Counted from the stretch's first letter, positions 1-9,609 are shown. The stretch: DNA of 64,000 nucleotides from an uncultured Actinomycetota bacterium (GCA_963770565.1 CAVYQE010000011.1:640001-704000), one strand, 5' to 3'. Program-made: numbers and translations. Notes: generated by a model from the sequence alone, not told the origin.

Positions 1-598
1 CGATGCGTTCGGGGCTGAACGCCACGAACAGCTCCCGACCCGGGTGCAGGCCGCGCTCGGCGAGCGCCCGGCCGAGCATCTCGCGGGTGGATCCGACGTA
101 GGTCGTCGAGGTCAGGATCAGCGTCTGTCCGGCGACCGCGCGGTCGACCACCGTCGCGCAGGCGGCTCGGATCGCGGTCAGGTCCGGAGCGCGATCCTCG
201 GTCACCGGGGTCGGGACACAGATGATGACGGTCGCTGCTTCGGCAAGCCGATCGGCGGAGGCCGCCATCGAGAACGTGTGGCTGGACAGCGCGGTGGCGA
301 GCCGGCGGAGGTCGTGCGAGCCGAGGTCGGCGGCGCCCGATCGGATGTCCTCGACCCTGGATTGGTCGACGTCGACACCGAGCACCCGGTGCCCCGCCGC
401 ATGGAAGGCAAGGGCGGTGGGCAGGCCGACGTAGCCGAGCCCGACGATGGCGATGTCGAAGCTGAACCGGCGGGCCGCACGGCCATTGGCAGCGGGAGCG
501 GCGGTCTCGGTGGCAGCACCGGTTTCGAGCGCAGCCGAAACCGATGCATCGGCCGCTTCCGCGACCGATGTGTCAAGAATTCCCTGCGTCGGTACCAT
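1..598 (-). CDS. Nucleotide sugar dehydrogenase (UDP-glucose/GDP-mannose/UDP-ManNAc dehydrogenase family), 5' part; runs off window
   Basis: Not in the ORF track. Manual translation from ATG 598 gives MVPTQG...FDIAIVGLGYVGLPTA (Rossmann), IICVPTP, ILTSTTYVGST and FVAFSPERI. Confidence 0.9.
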   Translation of the reverse strand, partial: MVPTQGILDTSVAEAADASVSAALETGAATETAAPAANGRAARRFSFDIAIVGLGYVGLPTALAFHAAGHRVLGVDVDQSRVEDIRSGAADLGSHDLRRLATALSSHTFSMAASADRLAEAATVIICVPTPVTEDRAPDLTAIRAACATVVDRAVAGQTLILTSTTYVGSTREMLGRALAERGLHPGRELFVAFSPERI

Positions 599-624
599 TT
601 TGTCCGATCCTGGGCCATATTGAC

Positions 625-642
625 TAGGGTCCTTAGTCCCTG
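625..642. promoter_or_regulatory. DosR/DevR-type palindromic box
   Basis: Minus strand reads CAGGGACTAAGGACCCTA, about 27 bp upstream of ATG 598. Confidence 0.65.
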
Positions 643-781
643 TTCGGCAGGAAGGAAAGGCCGGTCAAGGAATTGGCTGGGAGTTGCTCCGAGCGCGCGT
701 CGGGGCTAGTCCGTTCGCCGTACCGCGACGGAGAAACCGTGATCGATTCGAGTCTCGGCCGGCGCTGATTCCGGCCGGCCG

Positions 782-976
782 CTATGCCGGCTTGGCCTGC
801 TGATTGCCCGCCCGGTGCTCGCACGGCAGCACCAGCTCGCTGCCCCAGACGCCGAAGTCGCTCGAGCCGAACTCCTCGAGCTCGGCGCACCATCCGCAGA
901 ACCAGGTCAGGCCGACCCCGTGCTCGCAGCACTCCGGGCACAGCGCGGTGCCGGGCTGACGATCCTTGCGGGCCAT
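782..976 (-). CDS. Small Cys-rich putative metal-binding protein (64 aa)
   Basis: CPECC, CGWC and CEH motifs. Only about 5 of 64 codons end in A/T, which is a strong coding signature. Confidence 0.7.
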   Translation of the reverse strand: MARKDRQPGTALCPECCEHGVGLTWFCGWCAELEEFGSSDFGVWGSELVLPCEHRAGNQQAKPA

Positions 977-1085
977 ACCGGGAATCTACCGAGCCGTGGC
1001 CGGGATCGCAGGGACCTCGACCGCCCCGCGAGGCGCGTCGCCGGAGTCCGATCAGGCTCAGGTCCGACGTCGATAGGGTGGACGG

Positions 1086-2387
1086 GTGGCTTCGGCGCCC
1101 GCTGCGGTTGTGGTGGGCGCGGGCGTCGTCGGCTGCAGCATCGCGCTCGCCCTGCGCCGCGAGGGCATCGCTGTGACGGTCATCGACCGCGCGGCCGGTC
1201 CCGGCCTCGGCTCGACCAGCGCGTCGTCGGCGATCGTTCGCTTCCACTATTCGACCTTTGCCGGGGTTGCGGTCGCCTGGGAGGCCAAGCATCACTGGGA
1301 GCGATGGTCGGAGGTCCTCGGCGCCGCCGACGAGTCGGGGTTCGCGCGGTACTTCGCCACCGGATTCCTCGTGCTCGACACCCCAGGGCAGGACAGCTCC
1401 CGGGTGGCCGCTCACTACGACCGGCTCGGGATCCCGTACGAGGTCCTAGGCCCGGCCGCACTCCGGGCCCGGTTCCCGCACCTGTCCACGACGGCGTACT
1501 TCCCGCCGCGAGCGCCGGACGACGACGAGTTCTGGTCGGAGTCCGACCGCGAGCTCGGCGGCTTCTACACCCCTGAAGGCGGCTTCGTGGACGACCCCGG
1601 GCTGGCTGCGCACAACCTGTGGTCGGCGGCCGCCGCCAACGGGGCGCGGTCGATGTTCCGGTCTGAGGTGTCGGAGATTCGCCGCGACGCCGACGGCATC
1701 GCGGGTGTCACCCTTGCCGACGGCCGGCGCGTCGACGCGACGATCGTCGTCAACGCCGCCGGCCCGCACTCGGCCGCGATCAACGAGCTGGCCGGCGTGC
1801 TCGACGACTTCGCGGTCCGGACCGCACCGATGCGGCAAGAGGTGCACACCCTCGATGGTCCGCCCGACCTCTCCGGGGGCTTCGGGCCGACCGTCGGCGA
1901 TGGCGACCTCGGCACCTACTTCCGATCGGCGCCGGGGGACAAGCTGCTGGTCGGCAGCCTCGAGCCGGCGTGCGACCCGCTCGAGTGGCTGGCCAACCCC
2001 GACGAGTACGACGTGCACCCGACCCCGCCGGTGTATGAGCGGCAGACCCTCCGGCTCGCGCGTCGGGTGCCGTCGGTCGCCGTACCGAACCGCCCGATCG
2101 GGCATGCGGGGGTCTACGACGTCACCGACGACTGGATTCCGATCTACGACAAGACCAACCTGCCCGGCTACTTCGTGGCGATCGGAACCAGCGGCAACCA
2201 GTTCAAGAACGCGCCGGTCATCGGCGCCATGATGACCGCGGTGATCGTCGACTCGCTGGCCGGCCGGGATCACGATGCGGACCCGGTCCACTGGACCGCG
2301 CCGATGACCGGGTCGGTGGTCGATCTTAGCCACTACTCGCGGTTGCGGACCCCCAACGCCGACAGCTCGAACACCGTGCTCGCCTGA
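1086..2387 (+). CDS. FAD-dependent oxidoreductase, DAO/sarcosine oxidase beta-like
   Basis: VVGAGVVG dinucleotide fold, GSTSASSA, VVNAAG, YDVTDDWIP and GTSGNQFKNAP. Confidence 0.9.
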   Translation: MASAPAAVVVGAGVVGCSIALALRREGIAVTVIDRAAGPGLGSTSASSAIVRFHYSTFAGVAVAWEAKHHWERWSEVLGAADESGFARYFATGFLVLDTPGQDSSRVAAHYDRLGIPYEVLGPAALRARFPHLSTTAYFPPRAPDDDEFWSESDRELGGFYTPEGGFVDDPGLAAHNLWSAAAANGARSMFRSEVSEIRRDADGIAGVTLADGRRVDATIVVNAAGPHSAAINELAGVLDDFAVRTAPMRQEVHTLDGPPDLSGGFGPTVGDGDLGTYFRSAPGDKLLVGSLEPACDPLEWLANPDEYDVHPTPPVYERQTLRLARRVPSVAVPNRPIGHAGVYDVTDDWIPIYDKTNLPGYFVAIGTSGNQFKNAPVIGAMMTAVIVDSLAGRDHDADPVHWTAPMTGSVVDLSHYSRLRTPNADSSNTVLA

Positions 2388-2413
2388 CCGGCCGGCCGGC
2401 CGGCCGGTCAGGC
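2382..2413. terminator. Perfect 32-bp palindrome containing (CCGG)5, overlapping the stop codon; probable terminator hairpin
   Basis: GCCTGA(CCGG)5TCAGGC is self-complementary. Confidence 0.5.
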
Positions 2414-2486
2414 CGATGTGACGCCGGTGTGACGCACCCGTCTCACGCTGACGTCGAAGCCACCGGCACCGGAAGGTTGGAAACCA

Positions 2487-3209
2487 ATGACGATCTCGAA
2501 GCGAATCCGCGTGGGCCTGTGCACCGCAGTCGTGGGTGCCGGCTTACTTCCGCTGTCGGCGGCGGGCGCGGCGTCGGCCGCCCCGACCGCGGTCCAGTTC
2601 ACCTGTGTGTCCGCCACCATCAACACCTGCGTGGTGACGATCCCGTTGACGTCCTCCATGAACGAGCAGGTCGGGTCGACCATGCCGGACCACCACCCGT
2701 GGTTCAACAGCGAGCTGGACGGCAACGGCAAAGTGTCCGCGCCGTACACGATGAGCGGGCCGGGCGCGCCCGACACGTACTGGGACGGCGTCTCCGGTGG
2801 CACGCAAGGCGTGGTCTGGTCAGCTCTTCTCCAGACCGGGCCGAACGAGCCGTCCGGTGGCGACGCCGTACTGACCTTCCAACACGTCACTCCGTTGAAG
2901 GCCAAGCACTATGCGTCGATCTCGTGGAGCGCACCCTCGACAGCGGTCCGCCATCAGACCGTGTCGGTCACCGCGGTCGTCAAGCCGTTGCCGCCGAAGG
3001 GTCATGTCCAGCTGCAGCGACAGAACGGCAAGTCCTGGGTGAAGGTCGCGACGATGAAGTTTGCGTCGAAGCGCCATGACTGGACCGCGCACTTCACCTG
3101 GACCGCGCGCAAGCACGCCAAGGTGCGGTTCCGGATCTTTGCGGCCGCGGCACCGCCGCTGCTGCTCGCCACGGCCGGGCCTGCCTTCACGATCCGGACG
3201 ACCGGCTGA
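2487..3209 (+). CDS. Secreted hypothetical protein with basic C-terminal beta-sandwich-like domain
   Basis: Signal peptide ending ASA-A, a Cys pair and a K/H-rich beta-strand C-terminus. Confidence 0.8.
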   Translation: MTISKRIRVGLCTAVVGAGLLPLSAAGAASAAPTAVQFTCVSATINTCVVTIPLTSSMNEQVGSTMPDHHPWFNSELDGNGKVSAPYTMSGPGAPDTYWDGVSGGTQGVVWSALLQTGPNEPSGGDAVLTFQHVTPLKAKHYASISWSAPSTAVRHQTVSVTAVVKPLPPKGHVQLQRQNGKSWVKVATMKFASKRHDWTAHFTWTARKHAKVRFRIFAAAAPPLLLATAGPAFTIRTTG

Positions 3210-3316
3210 TCTCCTGACCCCCGTCGTCGCGGATCGACGGGTTTGACAAAGACCCCGCGGCGGGGCGCCGGCGTGCCTGATCATGGGGCGGACGGCTCGC
3301 GAGGGGGTGGCTTGAG

Positions 3317-5530
3317 GTGACGGGTGGGCGCCGTACCGCGCTGAGCGTCACGCCCCTGCTCGCCGTTGGTTGGCTCGCGGGCGTCACCGGATCGACCGGC
3401 GCGGTCGCGGCGAACGCCGGCTCCGGGCCCACCGTCCTGACCACCTGCACCTATGCGGCGCTGAAGGCCGCGGTCGCGGCCGGCGGGGTCATCGACTTCG
3501 GGTGCTCGGGCACGATCACCTTCCACCACGCGATCACGGTCACTGCGGGCAGTACGACGATCGACAGCTCGGGCCACGCGGTCATCCTCGACGGCGCCAA
3601 GTCCAGCCGGTTGTTTCGCGTGACCGGTGGCGCACTGACCCTCGTCGACCTGACCATGCAGAACGCTAGGGCGACCGGGTCGGCGGGTGTGCCGGGCCAG
3701 GCGGGTGATCCGGGCAGTGCCGGCTCGGCCGGCGGGGACGGCGGACCGGGCGACCCCGGCGGGCTCAGCGGTGACGGCGGCGACGGTGCCGGGGGCGCGA
3801 TCGACGTTTCCGGCGGCGCGTTGACGGTTTCCGGGGGCGCGTTCGTAGGCGATATCGCAACGGGCGGTGCCGGCGGGACCGGTGGCGCTGGCGGCGCCGG
3901 TGGCCAGGGCGGGGCTGGCGCCAGCGGTGCCACCGGGGGGAACGGCGGGGCGGGTGGCACCGGCGGCGACGCGGGGATCGGCGGTGGCGGCTTCGGTGGC
4001 GCGATCTACAGCGAGGGCGAAAGCACCCTCACGGTGATCGGGACGACGTTCACCTCCGACGCTGCGATTGGTGGCAACGGTGGAACCGGAGGCGGCGGCG
4101 CTCAGGGTGGTGCCGGCGGCGCGGGAAGTGCCGGCAGTGACGGCGCAGTTCCCGGCGCCTCGGGTCCCGGTGGTTTCGGTGAGCCTGACGGCGACGGCGG
4201 AGCGGGCGGCATCGGCGGTGACGGTGACGGCGGGGCGATCTACAGCGACGGCAACGGGTTGTTCGTCTTCGGGGCGAGCTTCCAGCAGGACGCCGCCACC
4301 GGCGGCACCGGTGGCGATGGCGGCACCCGGTCCCAGCGCTCGACCCCGGCAGCCGACGGCGGCGTCGGCGGCCACGGTGGCGGCGGCGCGAGCGCGACCA
4401 CCGACGGGTCCGACGGCGGTGGTGCCGGGAACGGTGCGGCCGGCGGCATCGGCGGGAGCGGCGGGACCGGTGCGGGTGGTGCGGTGTTTGCCGCCTCCGG
4501 TGGGGTGTTCGCGGCGGTGACATTCACGTCCAACACGGCAACCGGTGGCAGCGGCGGCGGGGGTGGCGGCGGGGCGATCGGTGCGACCGGCGGTGCTGGT
4601 GGCGCCGGAGGGTCCACGTCCGGGTCGGGCGATCCGGGTGCGGATGGCGGCAATGGTGGGGTCGGCGGCAATGGCGGCAATGGCGGCGACGGCGGTGCGG
4701 CAGCCCGCGGGATCGCGGGTGCGATCAGTACGGGTGACCAGATCACGTACGCCGGTACGGTGCCGACCTCGGACCTGGCTGCGGCCGGCGCGGCCGGCCC
4801 TCCGGGCGCCGCGGGCGCGGCGGGCGTCGGAGGCAGCGCGGGCCCCGCGGGTGCCGGCGACCCGAACGGCACGGATGGATCAATCGGGGCGGCCGGTCTG
4901 GCCGGGGCGGAAGGCGCCGCCGGAGCCACTAACCACCCGGGCGTGAAGGAGATCTCCGGCAGCAACCCGCTGGCCGGCGCGATCGTGACCGTGACTGCTC
5001 CGAGCTCGACCAAGGCGGTGACCGGGGCGTCGTACCTCGGGAGTGCGGGAGCGACCGGCGGCACCGGGCCCTATGAATGGGAGGCGTTCGGGCTCCCGCG
5101 CGGCCTCGCCATCGACCCAAGCACGGGCGTGATCACCGGCCGGCCCAGCATTCCCGGTTCATACCGGGTCGAGTTGCTCGCGCAGGACGCGAGCGGCCCG
5201 GTCCGCAATGCGGGCGTGGCCAGGCTCACCGTGACGGTCGCGAAGGCACTGTCGGTCGGCCGGCCGAGCCTGCACAGGAAGAATGGCACCGCAACCGTGC
5301 CGGTGACACTGGCCGAGCCCGGCAAGCTCACGCTCACCGCTCACGGCGTGCGGAAGGTGACCAAGGCGGTTGGCAAACCGGGTCGGGTCACCCTCACCGT
5401 CACGCCGACCGGGGCGCTGAAGAAGATGTTGGCCAAGCACCACAAGGCGAAGGTGGTCGTCACCGTTACCTTCGTCCCCAAGGCGGGCCTGACGGTCCGG
5501 GACACGCTGACCGTTCACCTGCGCAGGTGA
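3317..5530 (+). CDS. Secreted glycine-rich repeat protein (GGAI beta-helix repeats, Gly-X-Y tracts, putative Ig domain)
   Basis: Signal peptide; repeated GGA(I/V)...F...A.GG; GLPRGLAIDPSTGVITGRP is typical of He_PIG-like Ig domains. Confidence 0.85.
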   Translation: MTGGRRTALSVTPLLAVGWLAGVTGSTGAVAANAGSGPTVLTTCTYAALKAAVAAGGVIDFGCSGTITFHHAITVTAGSTTIDSSGHAVILDGAKSSRLFRVTGGALTLVDLTMQNARATGSAGVPGQAGDPGSAGSAGGDGGPGDPGGLSGDGGDGAGGAIDVSGGALTVSGGAFVGDIATGGAGGTGGAGGAGGQGGAGASGATGGNGGAGGTGGDAGIGGGGFGGAIYSEGESTLTVIGTTFTSDAAIGGNGGTGGGGAQGGAGGAGSAGSDGAVPGASGPGGFGEPDGDGGAGGIGGDGDGGAIYSDGNGLFVFGASFQQDAATGGTGGDGGTRSQRSTPAADGGVGGHGGGGASATTDGSDGGGAGNGAAGGIGGSGGTGAGGAVFAASGGVFAAVTFTSNTATGGSGGGGGGGAIGATGGAGGAGGSTSGSGDPGADGGNGGVGGNGGNGGDGGAAARGIAGAISTGDQITYAGTVPTSDLAAAGAAGPPGAAGAAGVGGSAGPAGAGDPNGTDGSIGAAGLAGAEGAAGATNHPGVKEISGSNPLAGAIVTVTAPSSTKAVTGASYLGSAGATGGTGPYEWEAFGLPRGLAIDPSTGVITGRPSIPGSYRVELLAQDASGPVRNAGVARLTVTVAKALSVGRPSLHRKNGTATVPVTLAEPGKLTLTAHGVRKVTKAVGKPGRVTLTVTPTGALKKMLAKHHKAKVVVTVTFVPKAGLTVRDTLTVHLRR

Positions 5531-5556
5531 ACGCCACCGATCGGTAGGTCACCCCC

Positions 5557-6117
5557 ATGCGGAAGCTGATCACGATGATGTCCGTGTCGGTGGACGGCTT
5601 CTTCGAGGGCCCCGATCGTGATCTCGACTGGCATCTCGTGGACGCGGAACTGCACCGCCACTTCAACGACGAGCTTCGAACGATGGGCGCGTTTCTCGAC
5701 GGCCGCGTCACCTACGAGTTGATGGCGGACTTCTGGCCTACCGCCGACCAGGATCCAGCGGCGACCCCGACGGTCGTGGAGTTCGCCCACATCTGGCGCG
5801 AGATGCCGAAGGTGGTGTACTCCAGGACGCTTCAGGCCGCGGCGGGGAACGTGACGGTGGTTCACGAGGTCGTGCCGGAGCAGGTCCTGGCGCTCAAGGC
5901 GGAGCCCGGCGGCGATCTCATGCTTGGTGGCGCCAACCTCACGGCGACCTTCATGCGCCACGACCTGATCGATGAGTATCGGCTCTATGTCCATCCGGTG
6001 GTCCTCGGCGCCGGACACCGGTTCTTCCCGCCCGACGTGCCCGTACCGCTGTCGCTGGTCGAGACCCGCACGTTCGGCAATGGGGTCGTCCTGCTTCGCT
6101 ACGTTCCCCGCCGGTGA
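5557..6117 (+). CDS. Dihydrofolate reductase family (RibD C-terminal) protein
   Basis: SVDGFFEGP, GRVTYE, GGANL, DLIDEYRLYVHPVVLGAG. Confidence 0.92.
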   Translation: MRKLITMMSVSVDGFFEGPDRDLDWHLVDAELHRHFNDELRTMGAFLDGRVTYELMADFWPTADQDPAATPTVVEFAHIWREMPKVVYSRTLQAAAGNVTVVHEVVPEQVLALKAEPGGDLMLGGANLTATFMRHDLIDEYRLYVHPVVLGAGHRFFPPDVPVPLSLVETRTFGNGVVLLRYVPRR

Positions 6118-6152
6118 GGCGTTCGGGTCATTGCACCGTCGCTCGAACGGCC

Positions 6153-6181
6153 TAAAGCCCGCCCTATCGAAGCGCCGACAT
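6153..6181 (+). promoter_or_regulatory. Sigma28 (FliA/WhiG)-like promoter candidate
   Basis: TAAA-N17-GCCGACAT upstream of the diguanylate cyclase. Confidence 0.4.
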
Positions 6182-6270
6182 ATAGGACAGCAACGCCGTT
6201 CGAGGCCGGGCGGGCAGGCAACGGGATCCCGGCTGCGTCGAGGGCCGGATGAAGGACGGGAAGTGGTGGA

Positions 6271-7290
6271 GTGAGACGCGTCTCGCGCGTCGAGTCGGTG
6301 GCGGCAATCGTCAACGGCCCGCGATCGGTCATCGGGCAGGTGGCGTTGGGCCGTGCCCTGTTGCTGACCTGTGCCGCCATCGTGGCATCGACGCTGTGGG
6401 CGGTGCACCCGCCCCAGCTCTCGCCGGTGGCCTTGGCGCTGACCGGCGCCGGCGTGCTGGCCGTCGTCGCGTTGAGCCCTTATCTCCCCTGGGACGATGA
6501 CCAGTCGCGGCTGGCGCTGCTCTTCCCGCTGACGATCCTTGCCGCCCTGACCGTCCTCGGGGTCACCGACAACGGTGCGGCAGTTGCCTACACCGGATTC
6601 ATCAACCTGTGCTTCGTGTACGTCGGATTGACGCAGCCGGCCGGAACGAGTGTGGCGCTGGCTCCGGTCGCGGCCGGGGCATGGATCGCGGCGCAGGACA
6701 GCTGGTCGGCCTCAGCATCGGTTCGCCTGGCGATCGGCGTGCTGATCTGGGTCCTGGTCGGCGAGTTGCTGTCGTTGCGAAGCGACCAGGCCGCCAGGGA
6801 CCACCAGGTCCTGTCCCGCCATGCGCACGTCGACGCGCTGACCGGCCTGATCAACCGGCGCGCGCTCGACGCCCGACTCACCGAAGCGCGCGGCGGCGAC
6901 ACGATCGTGATGTGCGATCTCGACCACTTCAAGGCGCTGAACGACCGGGAGGGGCATGCGGCCGGGGACCGGGTGCTGGCCGACTTCGGCGGGCTGTTGA
7001 TCGCCGCGTTGCGCGGCGAGGATGCGGCCGGCCGGTACGGCGGTGAGGAGTTCGTTCTACTCCTCGCGGAGACCTCTCCGGAGGCGGCGCTCGACGTCCT
7101 GATCCGGATGCGGGTGAGATGGGCGTCGATCCACCCGGGTCTGACCTTCTCGAGCGGGATCGCCGCGGTGACCGACTCCGCGCCGATTGCCAACGCGCTG
7201 ACCGCGGCCGACGAGGCCCTGTACGCCTCGAAGCAAGCCGGCCGCAACTGCGACCACATCAGCTATCAGCAGATCGTGCGAGGCAACTAG
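6271..7290 (+). CDS. Membrane-bound diguanylate cyclase (GGDEF)
   Basis: N-terminal TM helices; DALTGLINRR, DLDHFKALND, GRYGGEEF, ADEALYASK. Confidence 0.93.
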   Translation: MRRVSRVESVAAIVNGPRSVIGQVALGRALLLTCAAIVASTLWAVHPPQLSPVALALTGAGVLAVVALSPYLPWDDDQSRLALLFPLTILAALTVLGVTDNGAAVAYTGFINLCFVYVGLTQPAGTSVALAPVAAGAWIAAQDSWSASASVRLAIGVLIWVLVGELLSLRSDQAARDHQVLSRHAHVDALTGLINRRALDARLTEARGGDTIVMCDLDHFKALNDREGHAAGDRVLADFGGLLIAALRGEDAAGRYGGEEFVLLLAETSPEAALDVLIRMRVRWASIHPGLTFSSGIAAVTDSAPIANALTAADEALYASKQAGRNCDHISYQQIVRGN

Positions 7291-7355
7291 TTCCGCTGGC
7301 GGGTGTAGTTCCGGTACGCCGGGCAGGCCTCGTAGCGCCGTAGTACGGTGCCGCG

Positions 7356-8783
7356 ATGAAGCCTCGCCGCCTGACCGTCAGTGCCTTCGCTCTCGCCGCT
7401 GCGACCACCTCGGTGCTCGCGGTCAGTCCGATTGCGTCCGTGGCGCATGCAACCGGCACGTTCTGTTCGGTGGGCACGTCGTATTCGGGGACGACGATCA
7501 CGTGGACCGGCAAGGGCAACGGGCACAGCTGGTCCCAGGCGGCGAACTGGAATCCGAGCACCGTACCGGATGCCACCGGGTCCACGACGTTCCAGACGCA
7601 GTACGTCTGCATCGGCACAGGCACGGGCAGCAAACCGGCCGGCGTCACCATCGCAGCGGGCGATGTCCGGTACATCGCGGGGATCGACATCGGGCAGGGC
7701 GCGACCTTGACCGTCGACCCGGGCGCGCAGCTCTTCCTCGGAGCGGCGAAGGGCTCCAGCGTCTCGGCGTCGTCGGTGGACAAGAACAGCACGCTTGCGC
7801 TCGATGCATCGACGTTGGGAGGAAACAGCCCGCTCACGGTGTCCGGCACGTTCAAGTGGACCGGACAGATCGTCAAGGGACACAAGGAGGTCGCCACTCA
7901 GACCTCGGCCGGCCGGACCACGATCGCCGCCGGCGGCAAGTTGCTGGTCGACGGCGGGAAGTTTGGCGGCACCGACCTCACGGCCGGCCGGGTGATCGAC
8001 AACTTCGGAACGCTGACGTTGACCGGCTTCGGCTACATCGCGATGAACAACGGCACCCAGCTGATCGATGAGGCGCACAGCCGGCTCAACGTCGACGGCG
8101 TCGGCGGGATCTATCGCGGCGCGAAGGCTGGCTCGTCAACCGCGCCCACCCTCCTGCAGAAGGGGTCGCTGATCCGCAAGGGGAGCGGCCACAACGTCGC
8201 CGTGCTCGGTGTGCCGGTGGTCTTCGGGTCGACCAAGCCCGCGATCAGCGTGCGCGAAGGATCGATTGTGCTCGATCGCTCCAGCGCCCCGAAGTCGCCG
8301 GTTGCGCGGGCCGGCGGGTACGGCGTCGGAAGCTGTGACCTGGTGAAGGTCGCCGTGTGCAAGCAGCCGACCGCGACCTCGGACGCGCCGCAGGTCGCGT
8401 TCCTCGGGGCCTCGAATGAGAGCGGGTCGCCGAAGGTCAGCAAGATCTCGGTGTCGCTGGCGAAGGCGCCGGCGAAGGAGCACGGCCACGGTGTGCTCGG
8501 CCGGGCGATCAACGTCACCGCCCCGACCGCGCACACCACCCACTCGAGTCACCTGACCTTCATCTACGACGCAACGACCAGTGGGCTCAAGGCCAACATC
8601 ACGCCGATCGTCTACCGCAACGGTCATGCGATCACGCTGTGCAAGGTCCACGGCCTGACCGCGAAGAACACCTCGTGCGTCGTGAGCGAGAAGGTCGCGC
8701 ACGGTGGCGCCGCGACCAAGGGCGACCTCACGATCATCTTGATCACGATCCAGCCCGACGCCCAGTGGCTCGTCGCGCACTGA
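7356..8783 (+). CDS. Secreted hypothetical beta-rich protein
   Basis: Signal peptide (AHA); WTG..G...WS.AANW motif seen in surface/autotransporter-like proteins; Cys pairs. Confidence 0.8.
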   Translation: MKPRRLTVSAFALAAATTSVLAVSPIASVAHATGTFCSVGTSYSGTTITWTGKGNGHSWSQAANWNPSTVPDATGSTTFQTQYVCIGTGTGSKPAGVTIAAGDVRYIAGIDIGQGATLTVDPGAQLFLGAAKGSSVSASSVDKNSTLALDASTLGGNSPLTVSGTFKWTGQIVKGHKEVATQTSAGRTTIAAGGKLLVDGGKFGGTDLTAGRVIDNFGTLTLTGFGYIAMNNGTQLIDEAHSRLNVDGVGGIYRGAKAGSSTAPTLLQKGSLIRKGSGHNVAVLGVPVVFGSTKPAISVREGSIVLDRSSAPKSPVARAGGYGVGSCDLVKVAVCKQPTATSDAPQVAFLGASNESGSPKVSKISVSLAKAPAKEHGHGVLGRAINVTAPTAHTTHSSHLTFIYDATTSGLKANITPIVYRNGHAITLCKVHGLTAKNTSCVVSEKVAHGGAATKGDLTIILITIQPDAQWLVAH

Positions 8784-8796
8784 ATCGGTACGGCGG

Positions 8797-9609
8797 TCAG
8801 CCGGCGGCGGTCTCGAGTGCGCGTCGGGTCAGGACCCGCGCGAGGTGGCGGCGATAGTCCTGATCGGCGTGCATGTCCTGCACCGGCTCGGTGTCCTCGG
8901 CGGCGAGCGCCGCGGCTGCCTCGATCGAGGCACCCGAGGCGAGGTGCTCCTCGGTGCGAGTCGCCCGAAGCGGCCGGCTCCCCATGTTCGCCAGGGCGAC
9001 CCTTCCCGCAACCGTCGCCACCGCCACGATGGCCCAGTCGTTGGCGCGCCGGACGAACTTCTCGTAGTGCCAGCCGTTGGGACCGGTGCGGGGGACCCGG
9101 ATCTCGACCAGCATCTCGTCGGGGTCCATCGCGGTCTCGAAGTAGCCGAGGAAGAACTCGGTCGCGGTGACCGTGCGTCGCGCGTCCGGACCTTGCAGCA
9201 CCAACGTGGCGTCCGATGCGAGCACCGCGGCAGGCAGGTCGGCGGCCGGATCGGCGTGCGACACCGATCCGCCGATCGTGCCTCGATGGCGGATCTGCGG
9301 ATCTCCCACGTAGGAGGCCGCGCCGGCAATCAGCGGCGCTTCGGCCCGCAACACCTCGGAGCCGACCAGGTCGCAGTGCCGGGTGAGGGCACCGACGGCG
9401 ACCTCGTCGCCCTCGACCCGGACGTAGGAGCCCTCCGGCATCCGGCCGATGTCGATGAGCACGGACGGGACCGCGAGCCGGAGTTTCATCATCGGGAGCA
9501 GCGAGTGCCCGCCGGCGATCAGCTTCGCGTCGTCGCCGTGCTCCCGGAGCAGGGCGACCGCTTCGTCGACCGATCCGGCGCGAAGGTAGTCGAACGTCGC
9601 CGGGATCAT
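8797..9609 (-). CDS. Molybdenum hydroxylase FAD-binding subunit (CoxM/CutM-like)
   Basis: [31 protein letters not shown]. Confidence 0.93.
   Translation of the reverse strand: MIPATFDYLRAGSVDEAVALLREHGDDAKLIAGGHSLLPMMKLRLAVPSVLIDIGRMPEGSYVRVEGDEVAVGALTRHCDLVGSEVLRAEAPLIAGAASYVGDPQIRHRGTIGGSVSHADPAADLPAAVLASDATLVLQGPDARRTVTATEFFLGYFETAMDPDEMLVEIRVPRTGPNGWHYEKFVRRANDWAIVAVATVAGRVALANMGSRPLRATRTEEHLASGASIEAAAALAAEDTEPVQDMHADQDYRRHLARVLTRRALETAAG

Noticed and set aside
3317-5530. PE-PGRS assignment for the Gly-rich protein
   Set aside because: There is no PE domain; it has a Sec-type signal, GGAI rungs and an Ig-like domain.
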